The position numbers and the translations under genes were made by a program. Of a DNA stretch of 64,000 bases, positions 36,283 through 46,519 are shown piece by piece (the first letter of the stretch is position 1; the number at the start of each line of letters is the position of its first letter). Location of the stretch: the NCBI RefSeq assembly GCF_009914755.1, contig NC_060947.1. One strand, written 5' to 3'. This DNA is from the human T2T-CHM13v2.0 reference genome, Homo sapiens. The notes beneath the pieces were generated by a model. It had not been told where the DNA came from and did not search any database. It saw only the letters and a list, made by a program, of their open reading frames with translations.

Positions 36283-39200
36283 AGAAGTGACAATTCAGAA
36301 AAAGAAAAGAACACTGAGAATGCAGGTTTTTCTACTAACAGCTGAGGAGACAGGCTTTCTTACTTTAATGTCTCTCCTTCTGACACTGTCCAGAAGGGGG
36401 AATTTGTCCTGTAAAATAGACTTCCAGAGCTCTTTTGCCCCCTCTGCTCCCATGCACCCTCCCCTTCCAAGTCCTTTAGCAAGGCCTGGATGTTTAGGGA
36501 GAAAGTGGTCCAAGGCTGCTGACAAGAGGGACCAAAGGGGGTGCTGGGTTCCCAGGGAGCAGGGATGTTTAATTACTATGTCATGTGCAATGTTGTTTTA
36601 GGCCAACCCTTGCCCCAAGCCCAGTCTCTTCTCCCTCCCCACCATGTCCAGACCTCCCAAATGGTTCTTGTGCATCTGTTGGAGAAGTCAAGGGAGTAGG
36701 GAGAAGGGCCCCAAGGATGGGCCCAGGTTAGGTGAAGAGTAAGATGTGAGCTGAACTCCTCGAACTGAAGAGACCCACACTTGGTCACATTCTCTCACGC
36801 TGCCTTCAGGATCCCCAGCCCCCAACTCTTCTTCCTGAGGATGGAAATCCACTCCAGCCCCACTAGGACTGATGTGGGTGCCATACAGGCAGGAGCAGCC
36901 CACCAGGAAAGTGTAAGGAGGGAGCTGAACTCCCCAGAGTAGCTGGACCACAGAGACTTGGGTCAGAGCTGATTTCAACCCCAGAATTGTCTCTCGGGTT
37001 CACCCTACTCTTCTGAAGATGAAAATTTGTTTGGGGCCTTGGTAACCGATAGCGGTACAAACTCCAAGGCACTGTGGACTTGAGTCCATTCCTATCTGAC
37101 CTCTTTTTGTCCCCCTCAAGCCTCAGGGGCCTCAAGCCCCTCCTTAGTAGCCCTTGGCTGACTGGGCCCTGAGCCCCAAGCATCCTTCTTTCCCAACAAC
37201 CCTCCTTCCCCATCCTTCCCCCACCCTTACCTACACCCAAAGTGGAGCACACTGCAGTCAGATTCTCCAGGAGGGAGATCCAAGCCTCCTCCCAGGGGTG
37301 GAGTCCACTCTGGGCTTACTTTGAGGCCTGTTCTGTGGATTGGTGAGCCAAGCTGGCACTCCTTGCCCTGGTCTTACCCAGGCTCTCTGTCCCCCTCTCA
37401 CTTCCTGTGGGGCCGGAATCTGTATTTATCCATCCCCCTTTCCCTTCTTTATAGAAGTCCCTGTCCTAAACTCCCTCCCTAGCCCAAGAGAGCCCCAGAA
37501 CTGGGGAAGCCTGACCCATACAGAATGGGGAGGGCACTCTAGGCAGGAGAGACATTAATGAGCCTGGCTGCAGAGTGGCCCTGGAAAGGCAGGCCAGAGT
37601 GGCTGAGAGGCTGGGAGTAGGGGAGCCTGTTCTCTCAGCGATAGTGATGGGGGTGCCTTTCCGAGGGGGTGGGGTGGGAAGACCAAGGGGGTGGGGGGTA
37701 GATAGGGTACATTTAGGAGGGTTTTCCTCCATTTCTTTTTTCTAACTGCCTGGATTCACCATTGGATTTTGTAAATGGAAAAACTGAAATGAACAATGCT
37801 ATACTGGATGTTTTCTCTTTCTGACTGTGTGTGTGTGTGTGCGTGCGTGCGTGCATGTGCCCTGTCTGACCACATGTGGAGAGACATGATTGAGTGATAG
37901 TGTGTGTCTGTGTGACTTTGTGTGGGGAGGCACTCCTGAAGAAAACTTGCCCGGTGCACACACGTAAAATGCCTGTATATGGGGACAGATACAGCACGTG
38001 CATGCATACACACACACACACACACACCACAGTTGAGAGGAGACAAACTAGAGTATGTGCCCGTGGTAGGAAGTCGAGTGGTCAAGAGATGGATCTTGGA
38101 AACTACATAGGTCGGTAGCAAGAGGGTAGACTCCCATCTCACAAGATGGGCCTCCCTTGGCCCAGGCCCTGAGCACGGGAGGGCTGGGGCCGCCAGGGAA
38201 CTTGAAAACCTCATCTCCTCACAAAGCCTGTAGCCCCATCTCAACCCCGTCTCAGTCTCCTTCCCAAACTCAAACAAGGTGTTCCTAAAATTGGACCACC
38301 ATGGAGAATGGGGACTGGGAATTGAGGATCAAATGTGAGGGAAACTGATGAGGTTAGGAAATGCCCCCCACAAAGTAATGGCTTCTGGAGGGACTGCTCA
38401 GTCTGGGATGGGAGCCCTTCCTAGGGGCCACTGTATGCAGCTGGGACTTTGGTCAGCTTTGACCAAATTTAGAGGGAGGGATGTCATGGGGAAAAAAAAC
38501 CCAAGCCCAGGAGTCTACCCAGCCAGCCTGCTCCCTAGACAGTTAATTTACTATCTGGTTATTCTCTCAGGTGCACAGAATTGAGTTGACCATACTCCTC
38601 AGTTCTTGGCACACTATATCATCATTGGTCCATGTGAGGCCCTTTTATTTTTTTTTCTTCAGTTTTGTCCCCTTCATCACCCATTCCTGATCCCATCCTC
38701 CCCGCCCCCTACACAGGCACCCACTCTCGTGTATTTAACGTACGTCCTTCCAATCCACCGTTCATGTGTTTATTTACATATATGTGTATCTGTGAAAAAT
38801 GTATGGTATTGCTGTGTGTTTTAATTTACATAAACAGTATTGTACTATAAATCTTGTTGTTTCTTTTTTCACTCAACATTCTGTCTTTGAGAGATCCAGC
38901 CATGTTGCCGTATATAGATCTAATTCATTCTAGTGGTCCATCTAAAACATATATCACATTTTTCTTATCCACTCCCCTGATGATGGATCCCTAGGTCTCC
39001 TCTCTGCTCCGCGACAAGGCTGCAATGGGCAGTTACCTACACCTCTCTTGAGGGATGCCTAATTTAGGGGAGAGAAAACTGAAGCTCAGAGAGGGGCAGT
39101 GATTTGGTTAAGGTTACAAAATGAGGGGCACACCCATGATGTGAATCCCAGCACCAAAGCCAGCCCTCCACCACCATGCCTCACAAAAGACCATCCATCT

Positions 39201-39524
39201 CTGGTTTAAAAAGAAAAATCTTAAAATACAGCATACACTGGGGAAAGGGAGAGGAAAGGATGGAAAGGGGGAGAAATGAAGAGACAGAAAGTGCTAGAAA
39301 ATTCTAGCAGATGAGCTGAATCACAATCATTTTTATGACGCAGAGGAAGTTACTTTTTTGTGTGTGTGATTATTATTTGTAGAGCCATTTTGCGGAGATG
39401 GAAAACGCCACGTCAAAACCTGGCCCCCAAACCAAACACCCTGGGTGCCTAAATTGCAGGCGCAGGCGGTAGGGCAGCCCGAGCCCCCGAGGAGCTACAG
39501 CAGAGTTCACCCAGGGGGCAAACG

Positions 39525-40135
39525 TGGGGGGTGGGGGAAGGGGCAGAAGTGGAAGGTAGGAAAAGAGGCAGAAGCGGGGGGGCGGGGGGCAGGGGTTGTG
39601 TGAGGGAAGGGGCAGAAGTTGGGGGATAGGGGAAGGGCAGAAGCGGAGGGCGGGAGGGTGAGGGAAGGGGCAGAAGTGGGGTTGGGGGGTGAAGGAAGGG
39701 GCAGAAGTTGGGGGATAGGGGAAGGGGCAGAAGTGGGGGTGAGGGAAGAGACAGTTGGGGGATGGGGGTCAGAAGCAGGGAATGCGGGAAGGGGCAGAAG
39801 GGGGGGTGAGGGAAGGGGCAGAAGCGGGGGAGGAAGGGGCAGAAGCGGGGGGTGAAGGGGCAGAAGCGGGGGTGGGGTGGGGGAAGGGGCCGAAGCGGGG
39901 GATGGGGGAAGGGGCAGAAACGGGGGGTGGGGGAAGGGACAGAAACGGGGAGTGGAGGAAGGGGCAGAAGCGGGGATGGAAAAAGGGGCAGCAGTGGGGG
40001 ATGGGAGAAGGGGCAGAAGCGGGGGTGGGAGAAGGGGCAGGAGCTGGGATGGGGGAAGGGGCAGGACCCGGGATGGGGGAAGGGGCAGAAGCGGGGGTGG
40101 GGGAAGGAGCTGAAGGAAATGGGGGAAGGGGCAGA
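39525..40135 (+). repeat. G-rich degenerate minisatellite (core ggggaaggggcagaag, ~20-30 bp period)
   Basis: Roughly 20 recurrences of gaaggggcagaag separated by G runs. Confidence 0.92.
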
Positions 40136-40269
40136 TTTTAAAAGTGCGTAGTTGCTGAGGGGAGGGGGGCGGGGGGAACGATAACGAGGCTCTTCCAATT
40201 TCATGTGAGCACATCCTGCTCAGCGCCTGCGTTTGTTTTTCGTCTCGTTTTTTGGTCTTCAGAACCACT

Positions 40270-41120
40270 GGTACTTTTCCCATTGGATAAAACGCTGAGA
40301 GGGTGAGGGAGAGGGGCTTCTTCCCCAGCTTTCCTCGCAGCCAATCGCCCTGCAGTTTCCCTCCCGTCGCTGAGGGAGTCAGCCCGTTGATTGGCGGGCC
40401 CGAGGGGAGCCAATCGGAAACTGATGATGTGTGGTGTTGGCAAGCGGATTGCGTGAGAGCGGGCAGGGGTCGCGGGAGCGCGATCGCCGCCGCGGCGGCC
40501 GGCAGCCAATGGCCAGGCCGAGCGGACCCCTGCGTCAGGAGTGGGCGGGGCTTCGGCGATTGGCGCGGAGGGAGTAGAGCGGGCGCTGTGGGAGGGAACG
40601 CCAGAGCGAGGTGGTGAGGAGAGCTGGTTGCGTGAGTCTCCTCAGCTCTGCTTACCGGTGCGACTAGCGGCAGCGACGCGGCTAAAAGCGAAGGGGCGAG
40701 TGCGAGTCCCCTGAGCTGTACGAACGCGGTCGCCATGGACCGCCCAGATGAGGGGCCTCCGGCCAAGACCCGCCGCCTGAGCAGCTCCGAGTCTCCACAG
40801 CGCGACCCGCCCCCGCCGCCGCCGCCGCCGCCGCTCCTCCGACTGCCGCTGCCTCCACCCCAGCAGCGCCCGAGGCTCCAGGAGGAAACGGAGGCGGCAC
40901 AGGTGCTGGCCGATATGAGGGGGGTGGGACTGGGCCCCGCGCTGCCCCCGCCGCCTCCCTATGTCATTCTCGAGGAGGGGGGGATCCGCGCATACTTCAC
41001 GCTCGGTGCTGAGTGTCCCGGCTGGGATTCTACCATCGAGTCGGGGTATGGGGAGGCGCCCCCGCCCACGGAGAGCCTGGAAGCACTCCCCACTCCTGAG
41101 GCCTCGGGGGGGAGCCTGGA
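40270..41120 (+). promoter_or_regulatory. TSPYL2: TSPYL2 CpG island and promoter with six CCAAT boxes and a GC box
   Basis: CCAAT/ATTGG at 40282, 40341, 40390, 40410, 40506 and 40559; gggcgggg ~40543; dense CpG. Confidence 0.85.
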
Positions 41121-41541
41121 AATCGATTTTCAGGTTGTACAGTCGAGCAGTTTTGGTGGAGAGGGGGCCCTAGAAACCTGTAGCGCAGTGGGGTGGGCGC
41201 CCCAGAGGTTAGTTGACCCGAAGAGCAAGGAAGAGGCGATCATCATAGTGGAGGATGAGGATGAGGATGAGCGGGAGAGTATGAGGAGCAGCAGGAGGCG
41301 GCGGCGGCGGCGGAGGAGGAAGCAGAGGAAGGTGAAGAGGGAAAGCAGAGAGAGAAATGCCGAGAGGATGGAGAGCATCCTGCAGGCACTGGAGGATATT
41401 CAGCTGGATCTGGAGGCAGTGAACATCAAGGCAGGCAAAGCCTTCCTGCGTCTCAAGCGCAAGTTCATCCAGATGCGAAGACCCTTCCTGGAGCGCAGAG
41501 ACCTCATCATCCAGCATATCCCAGGCTTCTGGGTCAAAGCA
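40735..41541 (+). CDS. TSPYL2: TSPYL2 (TSPX/CDA1/DENTT/CINAP) coding exon 1: Pro-rich region, Arg-rich basic stretch, start of the NAP/SET domain
   Basis: gccATGG start; MDRPDEGPPAKTRR...RRDLIIQHIPGFWVKA; 807 nt, phase 0. The seven exons sum to 2082 nt = 693 aa plus stop. Confidence 0.97.
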
Positions 41542-42780
41542 GTATCCTTCTAATCGATACTCCGTAGGTCAGAAGCCCGTGACAGGAAAGGGGAAGGTGG
41601 GGGAGGGACAGAAAAGGTAAAGCGGGTGGAGGAGAGCCAGAGGTGGGCATGATCCCCCTATCGGAAGACGGACTAGACTGGGTGGAAGAGGGATGGAAGG
41701 AGGAGGGCAAAACAGCAGAGAAGCTGGACTGGAGATGATGAAGGGTGGTGGAGGGGGGGCGGACATAAAAACTGGACCACAGATGGGAAAGGGGGAAGAG
41801 GAGGAACATAGCATTAAAAAAAGGATCACAGATGATAAAAAGGGGGAGGGTAGTAAAGGGGCACACAGCAAAAAAATTGGACCAGAGATGGTGAAAGGAG
41901 GAGGGGAGGGGCACGTAGAAGATGAACTGACTCAGAGACCTTGAAGAGGGAGGGGAATGGCACACAGCAGAGAAACTGCCCAGAAAGGGTGCTTGAGCCA
42001 TACAAGGCTCTGTAAACCTAGATTTTTGCTTAAGATACTAGGAGACCCCAATCCTGGCTGGAGTGCCTTGCATTGGAGGGAGGGGGGCTGGAGCCCCTGA
42101 AAGATCAAGAGAGGGAGTGTCTAGGTATAGAGAAAAAGGAGTTAAATGAAGGAAAGGGGAGAGTAGACACATACACATACATGTAACATGTTAGGAACAT
42201 GAGTCGAACATCCTAATAGAATTATGTGGATACAGACCCTTAGCCCTCATATGAAACAGCACATGGTAAGAGGCCCTTAGCACCCAGGCATACAATATCA
42301 TTTAGACATAGGACCTCAGCTCCTAGACACAGTATTATGTGACCACAGGTCCTCAGCATGTAGACACATGGCATAACTTGACCACAAGCCATCAGAGCCA
42401 TTCACACATCATGTGGACATGGACCTTCAACACCCATACATACAATAACGTGACCACAGGCCCTCAGCAATCAGTTACAGCATCACTTGGACATGGCCCT
42501 TAAGCCCCCAGACGTGCATTTTGTGAACACAAGCTTTCAGCACCCAGTGACATATACCACATGCACATGGATTGTCGACACCCTGTAGGGCCACCTAACA
42601 TAGAGGTTTATCATGGGAATAAGTATGGGTTATGTCCCATGACTCACTTGCTTTATACACACCACATAAGCACAGAAGGAATCCTCATGCTCCAGCCTCT
42701 CTTACTGTGCCCTTCCTGGCCTTCCCTCCCTCCCTTTCACGGAATAGTCAATCCTTGACCTAAACTGCTCCACTCATCAG

Positions 42781-42858
42781 TTCCTCAACCACCCCAGAAT
42801 TTCAATTTTGATCAACCGACGTGATGAAGACATTTTCCGCTACTTGACCAATCTGCAG
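42781..42858 (+). CDS. TSPYL2: TSPYL2 coding exon 2
   Basis: cag|TTCCTCAACCAC (FLNHP, completing the NAP motif FW..AFLNHP) to CTGCAG|gtcagg; 78 nt. Confidence 0.95.
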
Positions 42859-42990
42859 GTCAGGCCAGAGAGACATTTTTTAGTAGGATCGGGCACGAAT
42901 CTGGTTCTTGGAGGTGACGGGAGGTGGGTGGGAAGGGCCGTGGTGTGTTGGGGGGGGGACAGATTCCACCATCACCCCCACCTGGAGCAG

Positions 42991-43102
42991 GTACAGGATC
43001 TCAGACATATCTCCATGGGCTACAAAATGAAGCTGTACTTCCAGACTAACCCCTACTTCACAAACATGGTGATTGTCAAGGAGTTCCAGCGCAACCGCTC
43101 AG
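42991..43102 (+). CDS. TSPYL2: TSPYL2 coding exon 3
   Basis: VQDLRHISMGYKMKLYFQTNPYFTNMVIVKEF (NAP NPYF motif); donor AG|gtaagt; 112 nt. Confidence 0.95.
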
Positions 43103-43173
43103 GTAAGTGGCAGTACCAGAGTAAATCCATGTTCCCCCCCTCAATCTGTCCTTGTTTTGTCCCATCTCCATAG

Positions 43174-43425
<252 letters not shown>

Positions 43426-43462
43426 TAATGGCTGTCTTATTCCTTCTCCCCTTTTTCAACAG

Positions 43463-43557
43463 ATTATCAAGAATGATCTGTGGGTTAACCCTCTACGCTA
43501 CTACCTGAGAGAAAGGGGCTCCAGGATAAAGAGAAAGAAGCAAGAAATGAAGAAACG
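43463..43557 (+). CDS. TSPYL2: TSPYL2 coding exon 5
   Basis: caacag|ATTATC; IIKNDLWVNPLRYYL (end of NAP domain); CG|gtaatg; 95 nt. Confidence 0.95.
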
Positions 43558-43866
43558 GTAATGGGAGTTTGGTCGCTGAGAGGTGGTTTGTTGGGGATGG
43601 GGAAAAGACTAGTGTAACACAGGATTTATGGAGCCAAAAAGGGACCTTTGAGATAATCCCAGTGGAATATGTTTTACAAGTGGGAAATCATGCCCAGAAA
43701 TGGCTTGAGGTTACACAGTCAGGGGCAGAAGTGGGACTTTACCCACCCTAGCCCCATTCCTGGGATCCCTTATAGCCTACTGCTTCCCCAGTTACTTCCC
43801 ACCTTTGAGTGCTATGAGTACACCACCTCCCACCAACCCTATACTCAGCCACAGCCTTCCTTACAG

Positions 43867-44546
43867 TAAAACCAGGGGCAGATGTGAGGTGGTGATCATG
43901 GAAGACGCCCCTGACTATTATGCAGTGGAAGACATTTTCAGCGAGATCTCAGACATTGATGAGACAATTCATGACATCAAGATCTCTGACTTCATGGAGA
44001 CCACCGACTACTTCGAGACCACTGACAATGAGATAACTGACATCAATGAGAACATCTGCGACAGCGAGAATCCTGACCACAATGAGGTCCCCAACAACGA
44101 GACCACTGATAACAACGAGAGTGCTGATGACCACGAAACCACTGACAACAATGAGAGTGCAGATGACAACAACGAGAATCCTGAAGACAATAACAAGAAC
44201 ACTGATGACAACGAAGAGAACCCTAACAACAACGAGAACACTTACGGCAACAACTTCTTCAAAGGTGGCTTCTGGGGCAGCCATGGCAACAACCAGGACA
44301 GCAGCGACAGTGACAATGAAGCAGATGAGGCCAGTGATGATGAAGATAATGATGGCAACGAAGGTGACAATGAGGGCAGTGATGATGATGGCAATGAAGG
44401 TGACAATGAAGGCAGCGATGATGACGACAGAGACATTGAGTACTATGAGAAAGTTATTGAAGACTTTGACAAGGATCAGGCTGACTACGAGGACGTGATA
44501 GAGATCATCTCAGACGAATCAGTGGAAGAAGAGGGCATTGAGGAAG
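43867..44546 (+). CDS. TSPYL2: TSPYL2 coding exon 6, Asp/Glu/Asn-rich acidic domain
   Basis: ttacag|TAAA keeps frame; long acidic ORF; AAG|gtgagc; 680 nt. Confidence 0.95.
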
Positions 44547-46011
44547 GTGAGCTAATCCCCCCCCACCCTTGTCTTCCCTCTTTTCTTTTCTCAGAGCAAG
44601 CCTGGCCAAGGACAGGGTATCAAGGCATGAACACAATCTGCTTTTATGGAGGAAAGAAAAAGCATTCTGAGCAACTTTTTAAACAAAGGAAGTCCAGTGA
44701 ACATTTAACTTAAAAATGTAACAAAACCCCAAAAAATCATTTTAGTTCTAGGTGATGGATAGATGGTTGTAACAGCAGAAGATGAAGAGTACACAGAGAT
44801 AGGAGACAGTGGGTGGAAAACTGAAAAGGACACTTCACATCGAGGTGGGGGAGTGGCAAAACACAGTGCATTTCAGCACAGTCTGTACCCGGCCTTGGCC
44901 TTTGGCGCATTTCCAGGCTTGTGTTGGGAGCAGAGCATGAAGTGAACAGTGTGCTCTCTGAGTCCAGAAAAGGGTGCAGCCAGTTCTACCTCAAGAATCG
45001 GGGTGGGGGGGGTGGCGGGGGAAGAGCTAGAGGAAAAAGGTGACATTTGAACTGGAGGATGCATTCACACTGAGGAGCTTTATGGAGCATTCTCCGTGGA
45101 GTGGATCATCTGAACAAGGACCTGGAAGGGTGAAAATGCATCGTAGGTTGGGCAGGGTTTCCAAAATTATGTCCTGAGGATCACTCACCAGATCTGAAAG
45201 CTGCTTCCCACAAAAGGTTTCAGTGGTCGTATATGTTGGACAAGTACTGCATATAGTAATACCCTCTTGTAGAGTCACATTAGCACCTTAAAGGCTCTGA
45301 GAATAACACGAGAATTATAAAGGTGCTGAGAAGTACTCAGATGGGAGGTGGAAGGGGCAGGAAAATCAACTACTCTTCGGGTTTTTTTGGCTATGGGGTC
45401 CCTGGCAAACTTCCATTGAGGGCAAGGCCAGGGCACTAAGGGAAGAGGAATGAATGTGGAGCCTCAATCTAGACATGTTCAGGTAGGAGAGAGAAACAGG
45501 GATTCTCAGTTCTCTTCCCCTCCCACCTGATGGCATCTCTTTTCTCAGAAGGGGAGGCAGAGCTATCTGCCCAGCCCTGAGGGTGGGAGTGGGGGTGGGG
45601 AATTGGGTTGCAGAACACAAACTAGGGCCTCTTTGGATCAGACTGGGGGAGAAAGCGAGGAAGCTGCCTGGAGATGAATAGGTTTATTCAGCTGAGGTCA
45701 GAGCTCAGGAAGAGACACACATTGAGGAGTACAAGGGGGAGAAAAAGCTACTATCAGAGATGTATCAGTTTTGACAGAGGCAGGGATCCCACACTGCCTT
45801 CCTGCCTCCCTCCATCTCCCTCTCATTCTGTGGGCTTGCTTGAGTACACCCACACACACTCTTGGCTGTTTGTTCCAAGCAGAGGCGCTGACAAGTTGTC
45901 CCAGGCCGCTAAAAACCCTGGCTATGGTCTCTGTTCCCTTTTAGAGTGACACCTATCTGCTCATCTAACTGCCTTCCTCCATTTCCCCTTCCTTGCTTCT
46001 CCCCTATGCAG

Positions 46012-46175
46012 GCATCCAGCAAGATGAGGACATCTATGAGGAAGGAAACTATGAGGAGGAAGGAAGTGAAGATGTCTGGGAAGAAGGGGAAGATTCGGAC
46101 GACTCTGACCTAGAGGATGTGCTTCAGGTCCCAAACGGTTGGGCCAATCCGGGGAAGAGGGGGAAAACCGGATAA
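46012..46175 (+). CDS. TSPYL2: TSPYL2 coding exon 7 (terminal)
   Basis: Polypyrimidine tract then gcag|GC; GIQQDEDIYEEG...GKRGKTG-TAA; 164 nt. Confidence 0.95.
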
Positions 46176-46519
46176 GGGTTTTCCCCTTTTGGGGATCACC
46201 TCTCTGTATCCCCCACCCACTATCCCATTTGCCCTCCTCCTCAGCTAGGGCCACGCGGCCCCACATTGCACTTCTGGGGGGTGACCGACTTCGTACACGG
46301 GTTTAAAGTTTATTTTTATGGTTTAGTCATTGCAGAGTTCTTATTTTGGGGGGAGGGAAAGGGGGCTAGTCCCCTTCTTTTGGCCCTCCGCCCCCGCAGG
46401 CTTCTGTGTGCTGCTAACTGTATTTATTGTGATGCCTTGGTCAGGGCCCCTCTACCCACTTCTCCCAGTCAGTTGTGGCCCCAGCCCCTCTCCCTGTGCT
46501 GTGTGGAGTGGACACCCTG

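Noticed and set aside
39449-40766. Long minus-strand ORFs (251 aa with RFCPFPHP repeats; 419 aa Pro/Leu-rich)
   Set aside because: They stay open because the C-rich minisatellite strand and CpG island lack stop codons; no domain signature or independent coding evidence
42534-42552. REST/RE1-like half-site ttcagcacc
   Set aside because: The right half-site (GGACAG) is absent and the match is one unit of the degenerate tandem array
44046-44498. 150-aa Thr/Met-rich alternative-frame ORF and antisense ORFs over TSPYL2 exon 6
   Set aside because: Shadow of the GAY/AAY/GAR codon bias in the real frame
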